Shown here piece by piece: positions 17,213 to 26,418 of a stretch of 61,448 nt of DNA; the stretch's first letter is position 1; every line of letters begins with the position of its first letter. The stretch spans positions 1 to 61,448 of IMG/VR virus record IMGVR_UViG_3300044454_000272; one strand, 5' to 3'. A model generated the notes under the pieces. The model did not search any database and had not been told where the DNA came from. It saw nothing but the letters and a program-made list of their open reading frames with translations. This stretch comes from a virus (lineage: Duplodnaviria; Caudoviricetes). Position numbers and translations under genes: made by a program.

Positions 17213-17763
17213 GCGCCTCCGTTTTAACGGAGATCCAACACGCGCTGGGTACGCGTTGCCCGCCTGCTGACTCTGACCCCCAGCGGTACTGGGCTGCGGT
17301 CGTGTACGCAATCTCTGGACCGGAGTCGGAGTTCAGCGACGACGAGTACAACAAACTGAGTCCGGCTGCGCACAAGTGGATTGACGCAGCCGTGGCGGCA
17401 GTGCAGAAGGGCGACCTCATTCCAGGCGTGCTGGCGCCTGTGGAGCAGCTGACGTCTACGCCTGCAAAAAAGAAGGCGACGAAAGTAGATGCACCGTCTG
17501 CCAGTGACAACAAAGCAGCGGCGGCGCGAAAGGTTAAACCACGGCGCAAAAACTTGGACAGCGCAAGTTTTCAAGTGCGTAAGCTGATCTGTGCCAACCT
17601 GCATTTGCGATTGCGTGATGTTCGTGTGGAAGTCAAAGCGAAGCGGATCCGGTTAGCGGTGTCGGAAGTCAACAGCATCTATTACAACGTGCGCAAGGTA
17701 GTGACAGCGTTGATCGCAGTAGGCATAGACATACCGGGCGGACAACGGGAGGAAGAGGCATGA
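17209..17763 (+). CDS. Hypothetical protein with basic C-terminal helical domain
   Basis: MSASVL, ATGA overlap, GGGAG RBS. Confidence 0.65.
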   Translation: MSASVLTEIQHALGTRCPPADSDPQRYWAAVVYAISGPESEFSDDEYNKLSPAAHKWIDAAVAAVQKGDLIPGVLAPVEQLTSTPAKKKATKVDAPSASDNKAAAARKVKPRRKNLDSASFQVRKLICANLHLRLRDVRVEVKAKRIRLAVSEVNSIYYNVRKVVTALIAVGIDIPGGQREEEA

Positions 17764-18443
17764 GGGTCGATGGTGTAATTACTTGTTTTACTTGTCCTGT
17801 TTGCGGACGCGAAACGTCGTGGCCGTCCCGTTGCGCTGAGCATTCGGTGACTGTGCAGCCAGTACAGATGCCGTTTGAAGAATTGATCCAGCGCTTGTTG
17901 AAATGTACCGGTGACGATTCTAATCGGGAAGGGTTGAAGGATACACCTGCGCGCGTGTCGCGTGCATACCGGGAGTGGTTCTCCGGCTACGGCAGCGATG
18001 TGAGTTCGTTGTTGCGCGTGTTTGAGGACGGCGCGGAAGGCTGCGACGAGATGGTGAGCGTTTGCAACATTCCCGTCTACAGCCATTGCGAACACCACAT
18101 GGCGCCATTCTTCGGGTTGGCTCACATTGGGTACGTGCCGGCGCAGCGCATTCTCGGCCTCTCCAAGTTTGCGCGGGTGGTGGAAGTGTTCGCGCGGCGC
18201 TTGCAAGTGCAAGAGCGGATGACTAATCAAATCGCCACCGCGTTGTTCGAGGGGCTCGAGCCATTAGGTGTAGGCGTCATGCTCGAGTGCCGCCACTTGT
18301 GCATGGAGAGTCGCGGCGTCGGTGTGCGCGGGTGCATTACAACCACGACAGCGTTGCGCGGCGTGCTGCGCACGGACTCCGCTGCCCGCAGCGAGTTCTT
18401 ATCCATGGTTAAGACTGCATCGCAGGCGCGCGAGGGCGTATGA
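17760..18443 (+). CDS. folE: GTP cyclohydrolase I (start may be ATG 17868)
   Basis: REGLKDTPARV, SHCEHHMAPFFG, GLSKFAR, RRLQVQER, HLCMESRG. Confidence 0.96.
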   Translation: MRVDGVITCFTCPVCGRETSWPSRCAEHSVTVQPVQMPFEELIQRLLKCTGDDSNREGLKDTPARVSRAYREWFSGYGSDVSSLLRVFEDGAEGCDEMVSVCNIPVYSHCEHHMAPFFGLAHIGYVPAQRILGLSKFARVVEVFARRLQVQERMTNQIATALFEGLEPLGVGVMLECRHLCMESRGVGVRGCITTTTALRGVLRTDSAARSEFLSMVKTASQAREGV

Positions 18444-18468
18444 CGATAAACCAGGTTTGGAGATAAGT

Positions 18469-19092
18469 ATGCAAGCAACGCGCCGTCCGCGGTTAACTAA
18501 GGACGCACTCACGCTGGCACGTGAGGCAATGTTCGAGAACGTGCGATGGCCTAAGATTGCGCGCATGGGTCGTGAAGACTTGGGACCTGCTGCGCGCTTC
18601 TACCTCGGCGACGACGTTTGCCGCGGCAAGCGGCTGGGGTTAGCAACGTTGTTCGTGCGTGGCAAGCAAACGCTCAACGACATCGGGCGTGAAGTGCACC
18701 GCCGCCGCTACAACAGCAAGACGGTTCAGCAAATCTATCTCGGAGCGCAAGGCAGCTTCGACGAAGAGGACTGCCTTTCCTACTACGACCTCGCCACGGC
18801 GCTGTTGAACATCGGCCACTGCGTATCGTTGGAAGTGCCGTTTGAGTACGCGCGCCGGCGTTGCGCGCAGGAGATTCCGGCGGAGTTGTTAACGAACGAT
18901 CGATTCACACTGGTCGTGCGTTTGGATTGGCCGCGGTTGCGCGCGCTCGGTCCGCAAACAGAAGTACGGTTGGCGGACGCGTTCCTCGGTGATAACGGCG
19001 GCATGTGGACTGTGCCGTTGCCTACGCTGACAGCAGATGAGCGGTACAGCCCGTGGCGTTGGTTTGCTAAAGACGAAGCGTTGCAAACGTAG
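18469..19092 (+). CDS. Hypothetical protein next to folE; candidate deazaguanine-tailoring enzyme
   Basis: G..TLFV.G, IYLGA..SF, D....NGGMW, YSPW..F.KDE motifs; context. Confidence 0.65.
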   Translation: MQATRRPRLTKDALTLAREAMFENVRWPKIARMGREDLGPAARFYLGDDVCRGKRLGLATLFVRGKQTLNDIGREVHRRRYNSKTVQQIYLGAQGSFDEEDCLSYYDLATALLNIGHCVSLEVPFEYARRRCAQEIPAELLTNDRFTLVVRLDWPRLRALGPQTEVRLADAFLGDNGGMWTVPLPTLTADERYSPWRWFAKDEALQT

Positions 19093-19104
19093 GAGGGAAA
19101 AATC

Positions 19105-19443
19105 ATGCCAACACAGTTGAAAGTGTGGGAGTTCTTGTGCGAGCACGGTCCGGCGAGGGCGAGGGACGTCGCCGCGTATTTCAATTGCAGCCGGTGCAGC
19201 GCCGCCGCAGCGCTTCGCCGAGTGCTGGCCAAGAAGAGCGCAGCGCGGCGTGGCAGGGGGCGCGCTTACTTTGCGCGCAAGACCCGCCCGCCGGTGGATG
19301 CACGCGGTAAGCATCCCGCAATCGTTGACAACCTTGCCAAAGGGCGTCCAGTCGGTTTGGTAGCGATCGCGCAAAAGCGCGGGCGGTTGTTGGTGCCGCG
19401 TGCTAAGCACCCGTTGGATGCAGCGATGCGGGCGTGGCGATGA
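19105..19443 (+). CDS. Winged-HTH DNA-binding protein
   Basis: VWEFLCEHGPARARDVAAYFNCSRCSAAAALRRV; GGAGG RBS. Confidence 0.65.
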   Translation: MPTQLKVWEFLCEHGPARARDVAAYFNCSRCSAAAALRRVLAKKSAARRGRGRAYFARKTRPPVDARGKHPAIVDNLAKGRPVGLVAIAQKRGRLLVPRAKHPLDAAMRAWR

Positions 19444-19616
19444 ACGAAGCTACGCAGCTGATTGAGGACTGTGAAGCCCGCGAATCGCGCTTGACAGATT
19501 GGGAGCGCAAGTTCATCGACAACGTTAAGCAACAGCTGGAGAGCGGACGCGGGTTGTCGCCCAGGCAAAGTGAACTACTAGACACAATGTGGGAGCGGGT
19601 AACCGCGAAGGGGTAG
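19440..19616 (+). CDS. Small conserved-type phage protein (LTDWE..F...LS.RQ..L)
   Basis: ATGA overlap; motif composition. Confidence 0.65.
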   Translation: MNEATQLIEDCEARESRLTDWERKFIDNVKQQLESGRGLSPRQSELLDTMWERVTAKG

Positions 19617-19802
19617 AGGTAAAAACCGTGAAGGGGGCCATTATGAGCAGCAGGCTAAAGCGCGATACAGTAATTCGTAAAGGGCAGGAAGTGTGGACCA
19701 GAACCCGGGGCCACCGACAAGTGCAGGTGGATCATTTAACAATGTTTGTCTCCTCGAGCGACGTGCCTAAATCCGCTCCTCACTGTTAGCAGAGTCGGAC
19801 GA

Positions 19803-20840
19803 ATGAACATTCACCTAGCAGTGGACAGCGGAGCGTTCAGTTTGTACCGGAAGCGTGTAGGCGCGGAGAAGGTATCCGGCTCGAGTATCAGCGCGAAGAT
19901 TGCAGGGCAGCGGCGCAAGAACAACGACTTCTACGACACCGATGAGTTGACCCAGTACCTTATGGATTATGCGGCGTATGTGAAGCAGTACGCGCCGCTG
20001 CTCGACTTCTACGTCACCGTCGATGCCATGTTCGACGCCAAGCGCTCGTGGGAGTTGTTGCTACGGCTGGAGAAGCTAGGGCTCAAGCCCATGCCAGTGT
20101 TCCATTGCGGCGGTGACGAGGACTTTGTGTGGTTGAAGAAGTACATGGACCGTTACGAGTACATCGGTGCGGGTGGTATCGCGCGCAGCATGGGGCTCGC
20201 TCGGCGTATGGCGTTCCTGCGCCGCATGTTCGCGTACATGCGTGGTAAAGACGGACACATGAAGTGGAAAACGCACGGCTTCGGTGTAACGTCCGGCGAA
20301 GTGATGGCTGCGTTCCCGTGGTACTCCTGCGACTCGTTTAGTGCGCTGACAATGGCGTTGAATGGGCGCATGCAGTTGCCAATGGTTGTATTCAAGGGCA
20401 AGAAAATTGTTGGCTTCCGCTTCGACAAGCTGGGATCCAACATCAGTGTAAGCGCGCGGCGGCAGCACGATCAGGGGTCTTACTCCAAACTGGGCCCAAG
20501 CGCTCGTGCTGCCGTCGACGCGTACCTCGAGTCTATCGGCACCAGCTTTGAAGCAGTGTGCAACGACGACAAGGAGCGTATCTTCGCGTCTTACTACTTC
20601 TACGCCAAAATGGCGATCGAGTTGTCGGCAGTGCGACCGGAACATGACCCGCTGCGGCTGTACTTCGCCGGCACAATCGACAAGTGGATCTACCCGTTGC
20701 TGCCCCGGCTGGAGAAGGTAGGCATCAAGGACTTTCGGGTGCTGGGCAGCTTCTTCACCGACCGCAAGTTCATCGATCTGTTTCCCAACGGCAAGGTACC
20801 GCGCGTCAAGGTGTCGTCGCCAGCTTTGGAGGCAGCATGA
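19803..20840 (+). CDS. TGT-fold DNA transglycosylase, DpdA-like
   Basis: VDSGAFS, PMPVFH, YIGAGG, THGFG, FPWYSCDS; co-occurs with folE/queD/queE. Confidence 0.72.
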   Translation: MNIHLAVDSGAFSLYRKRVGAEKVSGSSISAKIAGQRRKNNDFYDTDELTQYLMDYAAYVKQYAPLLDFYVTVDAMFDAKRSWELLLRLEKLGLKPMPVFHCGGDEDFVWLKKYMDRYEYIGAGGIARSMGLARRMAFLRRMFAYMRGKDGHMKWKTHGFGVTSGEVMAAFPWYSCDSFSALTMALNGRMQLPMVVFKGKKIVGFRFDKLGSNISVSARRQHDQGSYSKLGPSARAAVDAYLESIGTSFEAVCNDDKERIFASYYFYAKMAIELSAVRPEHDPLRLYFAGTIDKWIYPLLPRLEKVGIKDFRVLGSFFTDRKFIDLFPNGKVPRVKVSSPALEAA

Positions 20841-21007
20841 CTGTTAAAGAGTTGGTTGTTGCGCTCACCGCGCTGGATCCTAAAAAGACAGTTATGATCT
20901 GCGGGGACGCGCAAGAGTTGTACCACATCAAGCCGCCCGTAGACTTCGTGCGTGAAGTCGGCGTGGTGGTAATCACACCGGAGTACAACAACCCGAGGCA
21001 GGCATGA
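20837..21007 (+). CDS. Small 'MTVxEL' family protein, 56 aa
   Basis: MTVKELVVALTALDPKKTVMI; GGAGG RBS. Confidence 0.65.
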   Translation: MTVKELVVALTALDPKKTVMICGDAQELYHIKPPVDFVREVGVVVITPEYNNPRQA

Positions 21008-22062
21008 AAAAGGAAGATCTAGAATTTGCGTTCAAGCTAGCGAACCCCTGTCTTGTTAGCAGCAACTTTATCCCGGTGCTGAATCACTTCTGCTTTGCCG
21101 AGGAGTTGGTTTACGCGTACGACGACGTGTCTGCCATCATTGTCGGGCTCGAGTCGGGGCTCAGCTGCGCGATGCACGGCGGCACGCTGTCCAAGCTCGT
21201 GTCGCTGGCAGCGGCGGAAGTCAAGCTCACCAAGAGCAAGGAGGGTGTGAGCTTTTCGTCTGGCTCCACGAAGGCTGAGTTGCCGTGCTTGGGTCCCGAT
21301 GAGTTCTTGTTCTCCCTGCCGGAAGAAGACTTTGGCAACGAGTTTGTTTTCACGGACGAGCTGTTAGAGGCGCTCGAGATTTGTACTGCGGGAGTCAGCC
21401 AAGACCCGTTGTTGAACAAGGCATGGACGGCGGTCGCAGTAACGCTAGGCACGTCGCCGACGCTGTTCGCCTACGACAACGTTGGGCTCGTGCAGTGCAC
21501 GCCGTCCACACCGTTGGGCAAGAAGGCGCGCAAAGTGCTGATTGCAGAATCCACTTGTGCGCAGATCGTCAGCATTGCCAAAGCGCTTGACATTGAGGCG
21601 GAGAGCATATGCTTTCAATCCTCGGAGAACTACATCCGGGTGGACTTCGAAGGCGAGCGCGAGGTGTATTTGATTGGGAAGTTGCTGCCCGAGAAGGCGC
21701 CCGACTACAGTGCGCTAATCAGCAAGTTGGGTATTACCGGCAAACCGTTCAAGTTGCCCGCAGACTTTGGTAAGGCGGTGGAGCAGGTGTCCGTTGTGCT
21801 GAGCGAGGAAACGGAGCCGGCATGTGTCGTAAACGTGTCAGGGCAGGAGATGCGCGTCAGCGGCAGTGGCAAGTTGGGCGCGGCCGAGTCCAAGTTGAAG
21901 TTGGACAAGCCGGTGAAGGACGCAGGCGCCTCCGTTGATCCCGGCCATCTGCTGCGCTACCGCGGCAAGTTCGACCGCGCTGTGATTGACGACGGCGGCA
22001 TTGTGTTGTACGGGGAAGGCATCAGCTATTACATCGGCCCGGTATGGGAAGAGGGCAAGTAA
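21004..22062 (+). CDS. Beta sliding-clamp-like protein
   Basis: 352 aa; N-term 'FIPVLNHF', 'YD' strand repeats, PDY motif; adjacent to polymerase and clamp loader. Confidence 0.65.
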   Translation: MKKEDLEFAFKLANPCLVSSNFIPVLNHFCFAEELVYAYDDVSAIIVGLESGLSCAMHGGTLSKLVSLAAAEVKLTKSKEGVSFSSGSTKAELPCLGPDEFLFSLPEEDFGNEFVFTDELLEALEICTAGVSQDPLLNKAWTAVAVTLGTSPTLFAYDNVGLVQCTPSTPLGKKARKVLIAESTCAQIVSIAKALDIEAESICFQSSENYIRVDFEGEREVYLIGKLLPEKAPDYSALISKLGITGKPFKLPADFGKAVEQVSVVLSEETEPACVVNVSGQEMRVSGSGKLGAAESKLKLDKPVKDAGASVDPGHLLRYRGKFDRAVIDDGGIVLYGEGISYYIGPVWEEGK

Positions 22063-22065
22063 GCT

Positions 22066-24636
22066 GTGGGCAAGTGGGACATTCTAGTTGAGAAGAAGGC
22101 GCCGCCCGCAAAAGCAGCACGCGGGCGGATACGCGAAGCAAAGCAGGAATCGCAGATCGCCACGCTCGCGGCGCGCGGTTGCAAAGGCTGCACGTTAAAC
22201 AACGCTAGTCTGCGCCATCCGAAGATGCTGCCGACGGGACCCGCCGACGCGGACGTCTACATTCTCGGGGAAGCACCCGGAGCGGACGAGGACGAGCAGG
22301 GCGAGCAGTTCGTCGGGAAAGCCGGGCGGACGCTGCGCCGTGCGCTGCCGTCGCAGTGGGACGGGCGCATCCGGCTGAATAACACGATCCGCTGCCGCCC
22401 GCCGGGTAACCGCGAGCCGTCCGCGCTCGAGGTAGCTTGCTGCAAGCGGCTGCAAGTTGAAGACATCGAGCGCACGAAGCCCAAGCTGCTGCTGGCAGTG
22501 GGTGGCGTTCCTACGGAGTGGCTAGTAGGCAGCAGCATTAAGATCACCGCGTGGCGCGGGCGTTTTATGCCGGTACAGGTTGGCAAGCACAAATGCTGGG
22601 CCGCGCCTATGTATCATCCCTCATATGTCAACTACTCCGGCAACCAAAGCAACGGTGAAGCGATTAGGCATGTGTTCGAGCATGACTTCGACGTTGCCGC
22701 CGCGAAGCTGCCCACGTTGCCAGAGCCGCACGTAGAAGATCCGGCCGACAAAGATGTAGGCGTGCATTGTTTGACAACACTAGGCGCAGTGCTGGACGCG
22801 CTGGCGGACGTTGCTATGTGGCCCGACTACGCCATCGACATAGAGACCAAGGGACTGCGCCCGTACGGCAAAGACGCGCGCATCCTTTCCGTGGCAGTCT
22901 CCAACTATGAATGCACGTACTCGTGGCTCGTCGAGCACCGCGAAGCTGCGTGGGATCCACGTGCACTGAAAAAGATAAAGGACGGGCTAGCTGACTTGCT
23001 GTTGCAGAACCAGCAGCAAGTCATTGCGCACAATTCCAAGTTCGAGATCGAGTGGCTGCTGCACTGTTACGGGTTCGCTGTTGCCTTCGAAGTCGATTGG
23101 CAGGACACGATGGCGCAAGCCTACGTGCTGGACGAACGGGAAGGCGCCAAAGCGTTGGAAGCGTTGAGCTTGCTGCACCTCGGCATGGACGTTAAGCAGT
23201 TGAGCAAGGTGGACGCTGCAAACCTTGATCAAGAACCGGCCGCGGACGTACTGTCGTACAACGCGTACGATGCCAAGTACGAGTACCTGCTGTACCACGT
23301 GTTAGCGCAGCAGCTGGAGCAGGAAGGGCTGGCAGACGTTTACGCAAGGCACAACGCACGCGCGTCTGTCATTGCTGTTGCGCAGTCGTTAGGGTTGCAC
23401 GTGGACCAAGCATTAGCTACCGCCTTGGAGAAGGATTTCGCCGACAAGGCCAAGGAAGCGGACGCAGCCATCCTCGCCGACCCGGACGTCGCCGCCTACG
23501 TCGCCAAGCACGGCAAGTTCAACCACGATAGTTCGAAAGACATGGTGGGGCTGTTCTACCGCACGCTGCACTTCAAAGAGTGCGTGGTCGGCGAAAACAA
23601 ATACAGCACCGACGAATCCGTGCTGGCGCAAATTAAGCACCCGGTCGCTGAGTTGGTGCTGCGCTCGCGGCAAGTAAAAAAGCTGCACGGCACCTACACT
23701 GTGCCGTTGGTCGCCACTTCCAAAAAGACAGTGATATGGCCGGATGGCAAGGTACACACTAACCTCAACCACAACCGCACCGGCACCGGAAGGTTGAGTT
23801 CGGACGATCCGAACTTGCAGAACCTGCCCGTGCGCACGGAGGAAGGTAAGCGCATCCGCGGTGTGTTCGCTGCGCCGTCCGGGCACTGGTTCGTGTCGTT
23901 CGACTACGGGCAGATAGAGTTTCGCGTCATCGGCATGGCGTCGCGCGATAAGGTACTGTGCGACTCCTGCTGGGACGGTTACGACGTGCACGGGGAGTGG
24001 GCGGAGAAGATTGCGTACGTGTGGCCTGCTGTTGTCGGCGGCAAGCGGTACCTCAAAGACAAAGCAGCGCTGAAGAAATTCCGCACCAGCATCAAGAATG
24101 GATGGACATTCCCCTTGTTCTACGGCAGCGCGCAGAAGAGCGTGGAGGATAACCTGCAAGTGCCGCGCGGCAAGCTCGCCCGGCTGTACAACGAGTTCTG
24201 GGATATGTTTGGCGGTGTGCACGGTTGGCAAGATAAGACGGTCAAGTTTTACCACCGTAACGCGTACGTGGAGACATTGACGCGCCGCCGCCGCCACGGT
24301 CCGTTGAAGTACAACGAAATCATCAACACGCCGATCCAAGGCACAGCGAGCGACATCGTCGTGGACGCGTCCGTGGACCTCGCGGACCTAGCCTACAGCA
24401 CCGAACGCGACCATTTGTACTGGCGGCTGAACGTGCACGACGAGTTAGATTTCTTGCTGCCGGACAACGCGCTCGAGGAGTCCATCGACACCATTGGGCG
24501 CCTAATGGTTTCGCGGCATGAAACGTATAGTTTTGTAAACGTCCCGCTAATTGTCGAAGTAAAAGTCGGCCATAGCTGGTCAACGCAAGAAGAAGTCGCA
24601 GTCTTCACGAGCAAGGATTATGGACACACAAGATGA
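22066..24636 (+). CDS. polA: Family A DNA polymerase with N-terminal uracil-DNA-glycosylase-like domain (SPO1-type)
   Basis: GEAPGADED..FVGKAG, CRPPGNREP, YHPS; exonuclease DIET, HNSKFE, YNAYD; TGRLSSDDPNLQN, DYGQIEFR, FYG, NTPIQGTASD, VHDEL. Confidence 0.95.
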   Translation: MGKWDILVEKKAPPAKAARGRIREAKQESQIATLAARGCKGCTLNNASLRHPKMLPTGPADADVYILGEAPGADEDEQGEQFVGKAGRTLRRALPSQWDGRIRLNNTIRCRPPGNREPSALEVACCKRLQVEDIERTKPKLLLAVGGVPTEWLVGSSIKITAWRGRFMPVQVGKHKCWAAPMYHPSYVNYSGNQSNGEAIRHVFEHDFDVAAAKLPTLPEPHVEDPADKDVGVHCLTTLGAVLDALADVAMWPDYAIDIETKGLRPYGKDARILSVAVSNYECTYSWLVEHREAAWDPRALKKIKDGLADLLLQNQQQVIAHNSKFEIEWLLHCYGFAVAFEVDWQDTMAQAYVLDEREGAKALEALSLLHLGMDVKQLSKVDAANLDQEPAADVLSYNAYDAKYEYLLYHVLAQQLEQEGLADVYARHNARASVIAVAQSLGLHVDQALATALEKDFADKAKEADAAILADPDVAAYVAKHGKFNHDSSKDMVGLFYRTLHFKECVVGENKYSTDESVLAQIKHPVAELVLRSRQVKKLHGTYTVPLVATSKKTVIWPDGKVHTNLNHNRTGTGRLSSDDPNLQNLPVRTEEGKRIRGVFAAPSGHWFVSFDYGQIEFRVIGMASRDKVLCDSCWDGYDVHGEWAEKIAYVWPAVVGGKRYLKDKAALKKFRTSIKNGWTFPLFYGSAQKSVEDNLQVPRGKLARLYNEFWDMFGGVHGWQDKTVKFYHRNAYVETLTRRRRHGPLKYNEIINTPIQGTASDIVVDASVDLADLAYSTERDHLYWRLNVHDELDFLLPDNALEESIDTIGRLMVSRHETYSFVNVPLIVEVKVGHSWSTQEEVAVFTSKDYGHTR

Positions 24637-25588
24637 CGTGCCGCTGCATTTGAAGTACCGCCCACAAGCGTGGAAAGAAGTGCTGGGGCAGGACCAGGTT
24701 GTGCGCTCGCTGGAGCAAGCGCTCAAGAAGTCAGTGCCGCACGCGTTCTTGTTCGTCGGTCCTAGTGGCTGCGGCAAAACGACGCTGGCGCGCATCCTTG
24801 CGGGCGCTGTTGGCAGTTCGCCGGAAGGCGTTATGGAAGTGGACGGCGCATCGTTGGTCGGTGACGCGGGCCGCACTGGATCGAACGCCATCCGGCAGTT
24901 GCTCGAGAACTTGCGGTACCGTGCGCTCGCGGAGAGCCCCATCAAGTTCGTCATCCTCGACGAGTGCCATGCGTTGTCCAAAGCAGCGTGGCAGCCGTTG
25001 CTGAAAGCAGTAGAGGAGCCGCCAGCCCACGTGTACTGGGCGTTGTGCACCACGGAAGTGGATAAGGTTCCGCAAACAATCAAGACGCGTTGCCAGACGT
25101 ACAACGTGCGCAGTGTGCCGCCCAACGACCTGTTCGACTACTTGGAAAAGATTGCGCGCAAGGAAAAGCTCAGCGTGGATCCCGACATCATCCAAGCTTG
25201 CGTCAAGGAGTCGGGCGGCAGCGTGCGTCAAGCACTGGTGAACTTGAACGCAACGCGTGCCTGTGCCGACGCGCGCGAGGCGCAGCAGTTGCTCGCCGGC
25301 ATGGCGAGTAACGAGGGCGACGTTATCAAGTTCGTCAAAATGCTCGTTGAGGGCAGGTTGACATGGCCCGCTGCCGTACAGCACATAGAAGCGCTCGTGC
25401 AAACGGAATCCGCCGAGAGTGTGCGTCTAGTAACCGTCAACTACACCGCTAAAGTGTTGTTGGGTACCAAGGACGAGCGCAAGGCGCAAAAGCTGTTGGC
25501 AGTGTTGGATGCATTCGACAAGCCGTTCTATGGAAATGAGAAGGCAGCGCCGCTGCTGTTGGCGGTAGGCCGGTTGCTGTTTACTTAG
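24620..25588 (+). CDS. dnaX: Clamp loader, DNA Pol III gamma/tau-like AAA+
   Basis: LKYRP, GQD, GPSGCGKTT, ILDECHAL, LLKAVEEPP, TIKTRC. Confidence 0.9.
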   Translation: MDTQDDVPLHLKYRPQAWKEVLGQDQVVRSLEQALKKSVPHAFLFVGPSGCGKTTLARILAGAVGSSPEGVMEVDGASLVGDAGRTGSNAIRQLLENLRYRALAESPIKFVILDECHALSKAAWQPLLKAVEEPPAHVYWALCTTEVDKVPQTIKTRCQTYNVRSVPPNDLFDYLEKIARKEKLSVDPDIIQACVKESGGSVRQALVNLNATRACADAREAQQLLAGMASNEGDVIKFVKMLVEGRLTWPAAVQHIEALVQTESAESVRLVTVNYTAKVLLGTKDERKAQKLLAVLDAFDKPFYGNEKAAPLLLAVGRLLFT

Positions 25589-25596
25589 GAGAGCAC

Positions 25597-26157
25597 ATGG
25601 TTACAAAGAAACCTGTTGCAAAACTGCTTACACCCGCGCCTGCGGAGGATCACCAGCAAACGTTGCGCGAGTTGCGCGGTAGCTTGCGCATCGATCGCAA
25701 CGCGCTGGATGAGGAAATTGCGGAGCAGCCGGATCTATTCTACCGCGCAGCTGAGGCACACGCGTTCGCAGTTTCCCGCCGCGACGAAGCCAAAGCTAGC
25801 ATGGACGAAGCTTTCGCGCTGGCGTCCGACCACATTCGCCGCATGCACGAGAAGAACAACGCCAAGCTCACCGAAGCAATGGTGAAGGAATTGGCCAATC
25901 AGGATGCGGACTACAACGAGGCGGTAAATCTGTACCTCGAGGCGAAGAAGACGGCCGACCTTTACGCCGGGTTGCGGGAGTCGCTTGACCAGCGAGGGAA
26001 GATGTTGCGGGAGATGGCGCAGCTCTACTGCGCTGGGTATTACCAAGTCGTCAGTGTCGGCGGCGGCGTGCGCAGCAAGGTAAACGAGGACGCGTTGCAG
26101 CGAAGCAGGCAGGCATTGAACGAGTCGCGGCAAGCACGAGCACGCAATGTCGGTTAA
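25597..26157 (+). CDS. UvsY-like recombination mediator (helical)
   Basis: L.ID...LDEE..EQP.L, KLTEAMV; context near SSB/RecA. Confidence 0.55.
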   Translation: MVTKKPVAKLLTPAPAEDHQQTLRELRGSLRIDRNALDEEIAEQPDLFYRAAEAHAFAVSRRDEAKASMDEAFALASDHIRRMHEKNNAKLTEAMVKELANQDADYNEAVNLYLEAKKTADLYAGLRESLDQRGKMLREMAQLYCAGYYQVVSVGGGVRSKVNEDALQRSRQALNESRQARARNVG

Positions 26158-26383
26158 CGATCAGCCGCAGGTCGGCGGGGACCATTACCGCAAGTATGGG
26201 AGCGACTTGCAAGTGTGGGATCTGTGGATGCTGTGGAACCTTAACCCGTTCCAAGCAATCATAATTAAGCACGTAGTCCGCTACCGCGTTAAACTGGGCC
26301 TCGAGGATTTGCTCAAGGCACGTCAGTACCTCGACAAGTTGATCGAGTATGAGCAGGGCGAGCAGAGGTTAAAGAAGGGGTAA
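26147..26383 (+). CDS. DUF3310/SaV-like protein
   Basis: QVGGDHY, IIKHVVRY..K.GLEDLLKARQYLDKLIE. Confidence 0.85.
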   Translation: MSVNDQPQVGGDHYRKYGSDLQVWDLWMLWNLNPFQAIIIKHVVRYRVKLGLEDLLKARQYLDKLIEYEQGEQRLKKG

Positions 26384-26418
26384 GGTGCAGTAATCTTTTC
26401 ACATAAAGGAGCAAGCAC

